Positions 33,736-46,115 of a stretch of DNA of 64,000 nucleotides are shown in pieces (position 1 is the stretch's first letter; each line of letters opens with the position of its first letter). Made by a program: the position numbers and the translations under genes. The DNA comes from Anthoceros angustus (lineage: Eukaryota; Plantae; Anthocerotophyta). The stretch lies in the NCBI GenBank assembly GCA_010909165.1, contig MU008160.1, positions 2,108,001 through 2,172,000 of the forward strand, in the 5' to 3' direction. The notes under the pieces were generated by a model. It ran no database searches and had not been told where the DNA came from. It saw only the letters and a program-made list of their open reading frames with translations.

Positions 33736-35334
33736 AAGAGCACGCGCCTGCCCCGGCGCTGGCGCTGCCCCGCCTTCTTCTTGCCTCGCCGAGTCCGCTG
33801 GGCTCGCCGTTGTTGTTGTTAGCCGGGCCCACCCAGCTGGAACAACTCTGGCCCCGTGGGCCGCTTCTCAAGGCTGGCCGCCTCCTGGGGTACCAGGAGG
33901 AGAAGAAGGATGTCCTCCCACACTTCCCTAGGTGGGGGTCCGCCTGCAGGAGTCCGAATCCTCCGCTCATCCTCCTCTCGACCCTCTTGCCCGGACCGGC
34001 CAGCCCGCCTCGTGACTCTTCCTTCCTCGCCTCCCAGAGGCGGCTGCCCCTTCCCGAGTGCTCGCTCTCCTCACCCTCCTTCGGGAGGTTTGCATGCCCC
34101 CACACATGGATCAAGAACGACGATAACGCCAACGGAGGTGGCATCCTGACCTCACCATAGCCTCCCGGTTGATCCGGCGAAATTATTCTACCCCGCCTAC
34201 AAGGCCTTTTCCGGAGGTCGTGGAGGAACACCAGCAAATTGTCTCCAAGGTGGTCCACCTTGGTCAGCATGTTCCAGTGGACTATAATCTTTGCCATGCG
34301 AGGCCACGTGATGGCGTCAGCCGCCCCGGGATTGCACATTTACTCTCGACGAAAAGAAGCGAGACGGAGGTCATTCTTTCAAACAACCTCGCGACGATTT
34401 TCACACTCTCTGGTACTCAGACACCCGGCTCTCTAGCCAACGTTGTCTTTTCGAGCGCTCGGGCACCCTTCCGCGCTACCGACTCTTGGCAAAGCCGGAC
34501 CAGCGAGGCGTATGATCGAGATTGCCCAAGTCTCAGGTATAGGAGCACAAGGATGGGACCAAAGAAAGAGGCGGAGGTGTGGGAGCCATGGCGCCTGGTG
34601 GAACGCAACATAGTCACCAAGCGCTACCCAGACTTCGGTCCGTGGCTGGAGGAGGCGGAGGAGCTCGTGGAGGAATGGCACTTGGACATTTTCCAGTTGC
34701 GGACCTTCGACAATCAATACCCTGTCCGAGACGTAAATGTTGGCGCGCCAACAAGGAGGTCCGATCCAAGAACCCGGGAGGAGCCTCTGGAGATGGGCCG
34801 GTGAGGTCCCGAGGCGGTCTACAACCGCCCCGAGAGGAAGTGGAGGAGCCGATCGAGCCTTGAAGGTGAAAGGGAAGGTGGAAGCGGCTAGGGCGGCCCT
34901 CTTGTGACCCGGGACGCAGCGATCCTCAAATGGGTGGCTGCTGTCGGACCTCCTGGACAGGAGGGTGCGATCACGCCGCTGTACCCGGAGCGTGAATACC
35001 TACCTATAACGGCCACTGGCAACCCTACGGTCCTGGCTTGCTGCATGCCCGTTCACCACTCTACACCATCCACGTGGCTTCGCCTGTCTAAATCACGCTC
35101 CAACCTCTAAGTTACTTTACTTGGCGTACTTATCCCGTTCTGACCCGGAGTGGGGTCCGGACTTATCCCGATACTCCGGTGCGTGGTCCGGAGGTCCTCC
35201 GGAGTGTGCTCCAGGGTCCTTTCACTCACCCTGTGAGTCCGAGTGCAAATTGCAAATCGTGCTTGTTTCTCCCTTTCCGCCTTATTTTACACTCCATACC
35301 TACGAAAAAAAAACAAGCCCAGCTTATTTCCTAA
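33736..35334 (-). mobile_element. Family B solo LTR, 5' part
   Basis: Lies between the end of LTR-A copy 2 and the resumed methyltransferase. Carries the B dyad motif (35140-35240). No second copy of this part is in the window. Confidence 0.6.
34169..34804 (+). CDS. Unknown ORF inside LTR-B, antisense to the element
   Basis: 211 aa with a protein-like C-half (WEPWRLVERNIVTKRYPDFGPWLEEAEELVEEWHLDIF). No family recognised. Confidence 0.4.
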   Translation: MIRRNYSTPPTRPFPEVVEEHQQIVSKVVHLGQHVPVDYNLCHARPRDGVSRPGIAHLLSTKRSETEVILSNNLATIFTLSGTQTPGSLANVVFSSARAPFRATDSWQSRTSEAYDRDCPSLRYRSTRMGPKKEAEVWEPWRLVERNIVTKRYPDFGPWLEEAEELVEEWHLDIFQLRTFDNQYPVRDVNVGAPTRRSDPRTREEPLEMGR

Positions 35335-35560
35335 CTGAAGGAGAAGTCCTGTCCATGACTCCGTCAGAGGTTAGGTACTCCCCATCAAGTCCCTCATGCG
35401 CTTCTGTGACACAATCCTTGCTTTTGGATCCGGTTCACAATGCACGTATCTTCGTACTTTGATGCCACACTTCAGCACTGCTTCCAAGCCGATACTGATG
35501 CCTCCAAAGAGTTCCACTAGCACTGTGGCGTCTTCCCGAGGTCGCCATGTGATCACCTGA
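35335..35560 (-). CDS. N-terminal part of the same C5 DNA methyltransferase (motif I SAM-binding, motif II)
   Basis: VLVELFGGISIGLEAVLKCGIKVRRYVHCEPDP. Removing 16090-35334 joins ...CTTCTCCTTCAG to ATGGATGTTAGC (LLLQ-MDVS), with (T/C)CAG duplicated on both sides. Confidence 0.82.
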
Positions 35561-35561
35561 G

Positions 35562-36480
35562 TGTTTAGGTTACAAACAAACTCAACCTAAGCAGAACTTA
35601 CTAGCTTCTCCTACTCATAGGACCTTTGGTCCTCTTGCACCATACTCTACAGCTTTTGCACGGCTCATTGCTGCAATCACCAGCTCCGTCCGGTTGACTT
35701 GAAGAACCTCCTCTGAGGGTGGTTGTCTCGCTAGTCCATATGTATATAATGTTGTAAGTATTCGTTTTGGATTTTATTCACCCTCTTTGTTGATCCATTT
35801 GTATCAGGGTGGTATGCTGTGCTCAAACACAATTGCACTCGGATGATGGAGGAATAGTCGATACTAGTGAGAACCCTGGAGGTTATGTTTATGAAGAATC
35901 TTCACCCTCTACGTCACCAACACACCCCTCTCCTTTCAACTTTGGAGGTCCCCATAACCCTGGCGGCTTCAACTTTGGAAGGGGAATTCTTACTGGTGGT
36001 GTCGGTGCTGGAAGAGGTGTTGGAGCCTTCTTTCATAACCCGATTCCAGGGAATCTGGTAAATCCTCCACAAGTGATGGCAGCCTTTCAACCTAGTACAC
36101 TCAAGATCGAGTTTAAGGATCGAGACATATTCAATGGCAATGATTATAGTATCTGGGCCATGAGGCTGACTCAGATACTAGAGGAAAATGAGCTTACGGC
36201 TGTAGTTGATGGGTCTAAACCCATCCCTCAGGCTCAACCCAACAATGCCAATGCTATCGACATATTGGCTTGGCAAAGGAAGAACAGACGTGCCCGTTCC
36301 ATACTCATAGCTTCTTTGAACAAGACTATGATGCCTCATACTCTTGGAGTTGATAGTTCTACTACTGTATGGAACAACTTCAGGCTCATCTACAAGGATA
36401 AAAGTTCGGCATCCCTAATACATGCCTACATAGACTCCTTCAACTCGCGTATGAAGGAGCAGGATATACTGTGGAATCCT
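35562..36480 (+). mobile_element. Ty1/Copia 5' fragment (probable short LTR plus gag N-terminus, ORF 35809-36486)
   Basis: FNGNDYSIWAMRLTQILEENELTAVVDGS...WQRKNRRARSILIASL...VWNNFRLIY is a copia gag (UBN2-like) pattern. Confidence 0.85.
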
Positions 36481-39100
36481 ACATAAATAAGTTCCGCACT
36501 AATCGTGCAAACTTGGCGTATTGTGGCACTATCCTTTCAAAAGTATAGACTACTATCAGACTAGTAAATGCATATCTCAATTGATCTCCGTGTTGTGCGA
36601 TAGCCAAGTCGTCCATTGCCATTGGTATTACACGCTGTGTAGCTTTGGCCTCGCTTTCGTAGCTCACGAGCATTCATCCACATTCTGTGCCCAATTCATT
36701 GGTCTGGAATACGCGTCTGCCACTATGTTTGGCAGTACAACGTTCCTGTTAAACATGATGTAATACGAGCTGAAATTGCCCAAGTCAGCACCGATCTCCA
36801 GAACCAAGGCAACATACGGCGTGTCATCCCAACAATTGGGCTCAACCTCCGTGCAGTACTTGCGAAGTGCGTCTTTGAAAGTTTGCACCAGCCACTCGGC
36901 CAACCCATCCGCTTGAGGGTGGTCTCTTGACGTGCGTCTGTGATCTATCAAACTCCTATCCAACAGTGCTTGGAATTCACCCCTGAATCCATTCCCTTGA
37001 TCTGTCAACACCTCTGCACGGCTTCCATATCTACTCAGAACACACTGCAAGAATGCCCGTGCCGTGTACTGCGAGGTTCTAGCTGGAAGAAATGCCAGTT
37101 CCACCCATTTCGAGAAATGCTCTATCAGAAGCATGCAATGCTTGTTGCCTTGCTTGGTCAATGGCAGCTCAGGCATCAGATTCACGGACCATCGGAAGAA
37201 TAGTCCTCTGATGGGAAGTGAATGTAGCACCACGTCCTAGCTATTGAACCTTGCATCACAAGCAGCACACCTCGCCACTACGCGTTCAACATCGGCATAC
37301 ATTCCTGACCAAAAGTATGCACTCTTCAGCATGTGATGGGTCCGTTTCACGCCGAAATGTCCAAGTGTCCTATGCACCTTGGTCACTATCTACTCTCGTT
37401 CCTCTCTTTACTCATCCCATGATCTGTCACGAACAGCTTGCCATCCCTCCATGTGTAACACATGGTCTTTCGTCACAGTCTTTGAATTGCTGCAGCATCC
37501 AGACCAGCTATCCGCCCATCCTTCAACAATTGTATAGCTGGTCCATGCTTCCATATGTCTCATCCGCCTTCGACGAGCTGTCCTACTCCTTCATGCTCCG
37601 TGGCCATGAGTGCCATATACAAACTTGGCACATAATGAGCATACCCGAAAACCTGTCGTGCACCAGTCGTGTCCCTCTCATTGCGCATTGGGTTTCTGCT
37701 AAGTCCATCAGCATTATGGTGCACCTTTCCTACTCGATGCATGATGTGCATATCGTATTCTGACAGTAGTAGTGCCCACCTCGCAAGCTTGCCACTCAAC
37801 TTCATGTTCGTCATCAGCCAATGTAATGGCTGATGATCAGTCACGAGTTGGAAGCTTCTGCCAAACAAATAGATTTTGAAGTGTAAAACTGCCCACACGG
37901 CGGCTAGACACTCTCCCTCATGAGATGAGTAGTTGGATTCGGCAGAATTATTAGATCTGCTTGCATACGCAACGACTCGTTCTCTTCCTTCCCCATCCAC
38001 CTGTGCAAGCACAACCCCAATTTCGGCTGCACTCCAATCCGTGTATAGGACAAACGGTTTGTCGAAGTCAGGCCTTCTGAGCATGGGCCTCTCTGATAAT
38101 TGTGCCTTCAGTTCCTGCCAAGCCTGTTCATGTTCCTGCTCCCATTGCCATTGCACCCCCTTTTTTAATAACTCATACATCACTTTGCAGGTATTGCTCA
38201 TGTTCTTTATGAAGTGACGATAATAGTTGACGAGTCCTAGAAACGCTCTCAGAGCAGCAACATCCCGTGGCCTAGGCATAAGATTAACAGCTTGCACCTT
38301 TGCCAATTGTGGTAGCACGCCACCTGGGATGATCTTATGACCAAGGTATTCTATCTCTTTGTAGGCAAACTTGCACTTCTTTGGATGTGCCTTCAGTCTT
38401 GAGCTAAATAGCCTCTACAGCAGCGCTTCGAGGTGTTGAATATGCTCCTTCAAACTGTTGTTGAATACCAAAATTTCATCAATGTAACACGTCCTCACAA
38501 ATGGTAGCCCCTATAACTCCAAGTCCGCTACTCGTTGAAAGTAAATGGATGCGTTCTTCAATCCAAACAATATCGTCTCCCATTCCCACAACTGCTCCTT
38601 ACCCCAGGATGCTGTCTTGCACTTGTCTTCTTCCTCGATGACGATTTGATTGAGACCAGACCGAAAGTCCAACGTTGTGAAGTACTTGGCCTCTCCAATC
38701 GCGTCAAAGATCTCATCAAGGGTGGGCATCGGATATCGTTCCATGGGCTAGTAGCGAATAATCCAAAGTGCTTTCACGGTAATCCACCATCGACTTATCT
38801 GTGTGGTTCACCGTTTCTTCATCATTCGATTCCGCGTCCTCTTCTCAGCCTTTCGCTCAAATCTTGGGCTGCTCTTTCAAACCCTTCGAGTCGCGTTGCT
38901 GTTCTTGTGTGGCTTCGTCAGCTGGGATTGTTGATGTGCAAAAATCCACTCTTTCATGTGGTCACTGTCTCCTACACACATCACTGCTGAAAATCGCACG
39001 AAGAGCCATGTGCATGCCCGTGCGCCCGGAGAGATCTTCGTCGCTGAGCCTTAATTGGGCTTGTCCTCGTTCCGCATGCATCGCTCATGATGCCATGATG
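36481..39100 (-). mobile_element. Second Chlamyvir-like gypsy pol fragment (RT, RNase H, integrase)
   Basis: RYPMPTLDEIFDAIGEAKYFTTLDFRSG; FLGLVNYYR...LYTDWS...YASRSNNSAESNYSSHEGECLAAVWAV; IEHFSKWVE...VLTDQGNGFRGEF...HPQADGLAE. Confidence 0.92.
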
Positions 39101-39199
39101 TCCATCCCACACATACATACATGGGTGTCCGCACGCTTTGGTGGCACGCAGCATAAAAAACTGGTTGTGTCATTTGGTCACATTGACCAGCCTCTGTGT

Positions 39200-40530
39200 C
39201 ACCGAAATTCAAAATTACACACGGGAAGGAACCTCCGCGGGAACATAAAAATGTGCGCTCCCGCGTGTTTTCCTGCTCTGTGAAGGGAACCGATCGTGCA
39301 TAACCAAACGGACTTCCTTCGCCCATTATACGCCATATCCCGTTGATGTCAATGTGGACACGGTGGGTCTTGCTTTGGGATGCATTCATGGCATATGTTC
39401 TTTGAATTGATGTGAAAAGCTTGGCATTCTGCGGTGTGGAGGCATTACATCGCACGATCTGTGCAAATGCAGGAGGAGGCGGGAGGTCGCGTGCGTTGTG
39501 TAAGGTTTCGGCATGGATTGTGCGGAATCGCCGATTGTGCGAGAATAAGCCGACTTGTGATGGAAGTTTCTCAAGCTGATTGGGGTGGTTACGCCCATGA
39601 TGGCCCGCTCTCGTAGTCAGCAGCGGTATTGGGTGAGAGGAAGCGTCTGCGGCGGGAGGCAAGCTTTGGCGAAGCTGCGAGAAGCGCAGCGAGGAATGAG
39701 CCGGTGGACATAGTAGGCAGTGCGTAACATCGGCCTCCACCTCCACAAGCCGAGTGCGTGTCGGCGCGCGATGCAGCAGCGTTATTTCAAGGTCGTTGGG
39801 GTTGATACGCACAATCTCGCGTGACAACTAGCAAGGGAGCTTGGAGCAATTCTTGCGGATGACAAGTGAGTTCTCGATTGCAATGTCGGTGAGATCTATA
39901 GTACTTTTGAAGAGCTTCCTCTGTGAAGGACTTTCGGACTCCCGGGCGGGAAAGATGAAGAGTTGTTCTTGTTCTCATGAGGAATATGAGCCAACATGTA
40001 ATTTGAAGGATGTTGGTCGGCGATCACTGAGCGAAATCGCTCTGGAATATCATTTTGTCGCGGGTCGGATGACCATCGATTCCCACAGGCCAAGCACATT
40101 GGTGTGAGTCGGGCGGATCCGATCTGCAGGTGAGTGCGGGGTGGGAAGGATTGCCGGGGCCAAGGTATGTGGTGCGGGTCCGGAAGGAAGCTTAGGTGAT
40201 GTGATCTCGGATGATGTGAAAGCGTGCAGGAGCTCGCCTCGACCTTCCTCCAACACAAAGGACACCAAGCGCCTACGTCTGGACCAAACACTTTTGACCA
40301 GCACATCATCCACTTCTTGGATACTTCACGGTGAGATGAATATGCACCGGATTCCATGCTTGTGTTGTGAGTGCGAACCTTCATCTGCTACTCCCTCACC
40401 TTCCATGCTTGTTTGTACTTCACGGTGTGCGTTATATGTTAGCACTACCTTCCAAATTCGTGTTTGACTCTTGGGCATGATGGTATTGGGGTCATAAGGG
40501 TGTTCACGTAGGCTTCTCGTATGCATCTTG
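39200..40530 (-). other. Unassigned coding-like region with an HNH-like CxxC...H...CxxC pattern
   Basis: WSKVFGPDVGAWCPLCWRKVEASSCTLSH...RLTPMCLACGNR in ORF 39896-40384. Confidence 0.3.
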
Positions 40531-40559
40531 GTGTTGTGATTTAGGGACCGGTGATATGG

Positions 40560-41000
40560 GGTGGAAGTTGGTGTTGACGGAAGGGCTATGTGATGCCTGT
40601 ATGGCCTTGTGATGGTTTGGGCTGATTGGTGATGTTGATTCCTGACTGGTTATGTTTGGGCGGCAAGTCGGGTTCCCAGTTTGGTGTGGGAGGACGGGGG
40701 TGTTTGCCCGTATTGGGGTGGTCGCTGGGTGATTTTAGTGGGCCGTGGATGATGTGAGACATGGTGATGTGGTGGTCTGCTATCTTGTTGATTGATCGTT
40801 GGTGATGTGGATGATGGCATGGTGATAAGGTGGACGGATTGGTGATGTCATGGAGTAGGTGGAGCTCATTTGCAGCCCTTAGTGATGTGGTGGATGTGTT
40901 GGTGTTGTGGATGATGGAATGGTGATCACACATGCGGTTTGGTGATGTTTTGGAGTTGTTCCATTTTAGTTGGCATCACTTGGTGACCTCGTGTCCGTCG
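40560..41000. repeat. G/T-skewed low-complexity tract (GGTGATG-like units)
   Basis: Repeated tggtgatg/tggatg motifs. Confidence 0.6.
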
Positions 41001-41049
41001 TTGGAAGTGTGTTGCACGTTTTGATATTAGCCATCCATCGGTGATACCC

Positions 41050-41912
41050 ACTGTATGTAATGAAATCGCTGTGTGAAATAGTGATGTGCGAGAATTCTAC
41101 CTGCGGTTCTGCGAAAACATCGACATTTCAATTGGGCAGCGAACTTTTGAGAAATTGAAGCCGTATTTTGTGAAGAGCCTGCGAAGCGGAACTTGTCTTT
41201 ATTCTTGTATCATGTGGAAATGGCCTTTCTCAAGGGCGCTTTCAATGCTATCTTGTGATTGTCTTTCAAGTGTGCATCGAGGTCAATGTCGCTGTCCATG
41301 TGACATATGTGCTCCCAAGAAGGTGAGCTTGTTCAAGAGTGTAGTCACAGCAACACATGTGTTATGTCAGGATGTTGTCGAAATTGCTTTGTGTCGAAGG
41401 AGGCAAATGGATGGCACAACCTCGCATGTTTGCGGCACTTGTGGCGTGGGGTGGGGCAAATTGGCTTGTCCCACGAGTCATCGAATGATAAGCTTCCTCG
41501 TCCGTCCTCGGTGGCGCCGTTTTCAATACCAAGTCGTTGGTTCGACCAAGATGGGCATGAAGAAGCGGATCAAACTTGTTTTCATGGAGACTCATCCGGT
41601 GATTTTGTCATGTACTTGAAAGAAAAATTGAAAGAGTTCATCTGCACGATTTTGTGCGTGATGGCAAGAGGTTGGAATTTATCGATTGCTTGGAGTGGTT
41701 CCGTGATGTTGTCGTCTCTGTCATGGACTTGATCGAACTATGCGTTGGTGTTCAAAACGAAATTCAATCTATGCATTGGCATAATGACCAGGTTTCGATT
41801 TTTGTCTTGGTGTTTTATAGGAGGACGGGTCCAATTGATGCACAGGAACCGGCTGCTAACATCGACAAATACTATCACTTCTAAATCAGTGATGATATGG
41901 TCCACAATACAT
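41050..41912 (+). mobile_element. DNA transposase fragment, probably Sola-type (Cys-rich region plus first catalytic Asp region)
   Basis: IGQRTFEKLKPYFVK, several CxC/CxxC, then VVVSVMD...VQNEIQSMHWHNDQVSIFV...YYHF.ISDDMVHN. This resembles the D(F)xEN...QxE(I)QSxHW...ISDDxxH pattern. Confidence 0.6.
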
Positions 41913-41914
41913 TG

Positions 41915-43373
41915 TAACTGCCTTCTCCCCTTTTGCTCCTTTCGGCGGCTTCGGGTTGACACCTCCAGTACCTCCAGGTCTACCTTCCCCTCCTTAGCCG
42001 AACCCGCTCCGTACCACTCCACCCCAAGTTCCTTTGGCGCCTCTTCCCACTCCGCCAGCTGTGCATCCTCAATCTGTAGCACCGGCGCGGTCTTAGGGAG
42101 AGGGGGCGTTGGCGGTCGTGGCTCTCCAGCCGGGGTGCGTTCAAAATCCCCGTTACCTTGCCTAGTGGGGTATGGGCACGCGTTGGAGTAGTGCCCCGGG
42201 TTCCCATTCAGCGGATAAGCCAGACCACCGCCCCGGAACTCCATGCAGGTCTTGACGGAGGTCGATGCAGGATGGTCGGCCGCCGTCACATCGCCTTGGA
42301 CACCCTTGGCCGGTGATGCTTCTCAAGACTTGGTAGCCTCCCAATCGGGTCCCTGACTCTTCCTCATAGTCGTACTCCACTTGGTTTACGGGTCTGGAAG
42401 GGCAGTTAGCCTTCGAATGCCAATGCTGGTGGCACACCGCACACCATAGATGGGTCCGAACTGCAGGCCGCCTTCCGCCTCGCTTCTCCTGCCCTTCACC
42501 GTTGATCGCCAATTCTTCCACCCGCTTATCATTACCTGCTCCAGTCTTCCTCAACCCCGCCCACCTCTTTCAAAGGTTGATCAGCGGAAATTCTCGCACA
42601 TGCATCATGACCTCCTTCTTCTCGACCCTCCGCTTAACTGCGAGCTTTTTCTTCTTATTTCTTCGGCGAGGTTCCTCCTCTTCTTCACAAGGCCCCCTCG
42701 GATTCTTCCTAACCTCCTTCTTCCTCCGAGTAACCCTCTTCTGCCCTTCTTCCGAGGGCTCTTCATCCTCGGACTCCGACCCCCGTTTCTTTTTTTTCTT
42801 CTTCCCGCCTGGAGGCGTCCTCGGCCTTTGTTGGTGCATCGATTCCTCGTAGAGTTCTCCGCCCGACCGCCTTTACTCACATCCTTTCTCGCCAACAGCA
42901 AAGCATGCTTAGCCATTGGCTTGGGTAGGCCACCAACCAACGCATCACTACATGGTGGTGTGGGTGCTTGGCCCAAGAGCGCAGAACCGTTCAATGTACG
43001 ATCCCAACGCCTCCTCCTCGCTCGCCTGATTCTCGAGCTAGATAGACGTAGCCTTCTTGGTCAATCCACGGAATCTTTCCAAGAAGGCATCCTTCAATGC
43101 TCAAGGTCGTGAGCGCCTGGGCGGCCAGCATTCTCCCGGCATCATCGAGCCATTGCTCCTCAAGGACCTCGGTCACCTGGATAAGCAAGATCCGAACCTT
43201 CTCCGCAAGTTCGCGAGACACGAATCCTCCACGAAGGTTTCCGCGTCCCTCCTTCTTACCTCCAAGAGAGTACGCTTGCTTGGTCGATGTTGTTACATCG
43301 ACGCGAAAAGCCAGGGTTGAGGAACCACCCCTTCGCGACTTTTGTGCTACTTCCTCCTCACGATCCGTCAAAC
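41915..43373 (-). CDS. gag: Family B gag with two CCHC zinc knuckles (frameshifted, truncated before protease)
   Basis: CAVCHQHWHSKANCP and ...GNPGHYSNACP. Follows LTR-B on the same strand. Confidence 0.75.
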
Positions 43374-43534
43374 TACACTGCGCTTCTGGCTGAGCTCTCC
43401 CGTTGAGCCTGCGTCTCTCACGTGCATACGGAAGGCCTCACGGCGATCCGCCTCACTCAAAGCACGCTCTTGACTTCCTCACGCCTCCACGCATCCACAC
43501 TTACCTTCCCACTAGGCTACTTTAACGACCTCAT

Positions 43535-46115
43535 TTCCCGGCAACGCCCAAAAATGTGGCGAGACTTTTACGGCCAATGGCACAACCCTCAGTGTGTTGG
43601 AGTAAGGAGTCCGCTCCCAAGAGAATGATGAGTTCTGCTTTGCCTCTTTCAATCGTTTCGTCCTCACTTAGTATCGCTTTAGTCTCAATACGCCTATTCA
43701 TCATTTTAAACCTAACTACCGCAACGCCACCGACAAACCCGGTATGCTGTAAGTTTAAGGACCTGTCACGTCTGTCGCTCAAGTTCGCCACCAACCCCTA
43801 GTCCGCTCCTTACCACTCTCACTACTCTCACCATCCTTGGGAAAAGCTGCGTGTGGCTACGCGGTCCGACCTCCTCCAGCTCGCCGGGCCTCTCCGCCCG
43901 GCTCAGACGCCTCCCGGAGTTCCTCCGGCCACACGCCCGGCCCGGTCACGCCGGGCCACCGCCTGACGAGCAAGGGTCCCAGGCGCTATTCCTCGCACAC
44001 CACCACACGTTAGGGTCCGTCACCAAGACCTTGATCGGCCTCCCGGTCACACCGCTGCTGACTCAGACTCAAGCGTTAACAAGAAGGCACCCAAGAGCTC
44101 GCCAAGACGCATCAACACTAAGAGAAAGATACTTTACTTAGAGCATCCCCTCTTATACTACGCCAAGGTGGCGCCTTTATTACATTTCTATTCTCGAGCC
44201 GAGGGTTACCGATGCCCTAATCGGCCGCCTACTATTCTCCTATTCCTCCCATTCCGCCTGGGTGGGGCTCGGATGGCCCCCGACCGCCTTTGGCACCGGG
44301 CGGCCCAAGGCCGAGCTCCCCGACGATCGCTACACTAATCGGATGATCCGCGAGGGGTCCTCTCCCGAGGTCCGTCAGCCGCACTACCGGGCGGGCCCGA
44401 CAAGGCCACCACTAAGTCCTCCTCCTCTCTTATCTTCCGGGCGGGCCCCACACGGGCCCTCCAAGAGATGGATCTGCCGGGTCAGGATCGGTGGCTCTCC
44501 CACTCCCCGAAGTCTGGACCTCGGGACCCTGCTCGACTCGAGTCCTGACCTCTAGGTCCGCCTCCTCCGGGGTCCACCTGTCCGGCCTTCTTCGAGTTCG
44601 ACCGAGGGTCCGGCCACTAGAGTCCTGGACCTCTAAGTCCACCTCCTCAGGGCTTGACTTCCTGAGTCCGGGTTTTCTTCAAGAGTCCGGACAAAGTCCT
44701 GACTCACAGACCGGTTTTGCCTCCTCGCCGGCTTATCACGGCTCACCCACCGAGCCTTCCGTGGTTCTCGGTTCCCTGCTGCTCTCCACGGCCTCCTGGG
44801 CCCTCCCCTTTCTTCCGAGCGAGGTGTAGAGTGCTTACTCCTGCAAGCAGGTGACCCTTCCTCGCGTCCGCCTCGTTGCTCTCCTGCCCATTATCGCTGC
44901 CAAATGGGCCTAGGGTCCCCGTCCGTGCTGTCCCTGGTCCTTCTCCTCCTCGCCTCCTCCTTCCGACCTTTCCGAGGTCCGCCCACCGCCTGGTGGCGCA
45001 AGACCTCCAGCCTTGAGGAGCTCGTGGTAGGCAAAGTCGGAATCGACTTGTTGAATGGCCTCCTCCACATGGGCCCGAGCACCCAGATTCCTCCGCCAGA
45101 GGTGTTCCACCGGGCATGTCTGCTGGCCTGCCTCCGCTGAGCTTACCAACCGCCGGGCGGACTCTCGATGCCACCAAGGCGGCTCCGACACCTCCTCGCA
45201 GCCTTCGTCTCAATTCTCCTCCTCCTCTTCGCTTGCCCAGCCCGCTGGGCCATGGAGCCGAGCTCACCGCTTCCTCAAGAACCGGACGAAAGCACGCTTC
45301 TCCTCCAGCTTTCTTCCCTCCGCTCATCCTTTCCCGAGGTCCGCCACTTCTTCTCCAGCGGGCCAGATCCCCGCCCCGACTCCTCGGCTTCCTCCACCTC
45401 CCGCACGCGACGCCGAACTCCTCGGACTGCCGCCTATTCTCCTCCGCCTTCAAGCCGGAGCCGGAGGCGCCTATCTCCGCCAAAGTCTTGGATTCTCGCT
45501 GAGAACCCTCACGCCTCGATGCATCTGGAGTTGCAGCTCAAGGTATCCTTGTCTGCCTCCAGCTCCCCGCCGCCTTTTCTACCTCGCACTGCACTCGAGG
45601 TCCCCTATTTCCCTGCCGACCTCCAGCTCCTCCTCACGGCCGACTGCGGCTTGCTGCCGCTCGGCCTTCTGCCAGTTGGCTGTGGGCCCCACTGCCTCCT
45701 CCACCGTTCCGATCACTGAGCATGATCCCGATCGACCTTCGGTGGCTTCGCCTCATGTGCCTCACCAGCCTCACTGGTCCGATGTTGGCCAGCCTTCTCA
45801 GCCTGTCGCGAGCCCTCCGCCTCCCCGCAAGGCCTCCCTTCGTCTGCAGAGATCTCACCGTGCTTGGGCCTCCTCTGCCGCCTCACCGCCACATACTGGA
45901 GAGGACCTTAGTCCCGGCTTGAATCGCCGACTCTCGCGCCCGCCTCTCCCACTGCTTCCTCGATGCGGCCGAGGGCTTCCGCCTTCTTCCTCGCCTCCCG
46001 GCCGCCTCCATCTGCCCCGAGGAGCACCATGCGCCTTGTTGCCTCCACCTCCCGGGTCTTCGGCCGCCCAGAGTCCTCAGAGCATACCATCCATGGCCGG
46101 TGGCCAAGACGCCCG
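43535..46115 (-). mobile_element. Family B 5' LTR (3' 2.6 kb visible; cut by a Copia insertion)
   Basis: Homologous to 16090-18660, including the TATA-like region, dyad array and coiled-coil coding region (VDSDFAY.HELLK). Confidence 0.78.

Noticed and set aside
18997-33740. Clean TSD for LTR-A copy 2
   Set aside because: The flanks GCAAG and AAGAG do not match exactly and cannot be resolved at this error rate.
39100-39830. Methyltransferase domain upstream of the second gypsy RT
   Set aside because: Only a faint QVG.YSH.RR resemblance to motif VIII. Motifs I, IV, IX and X were not found.
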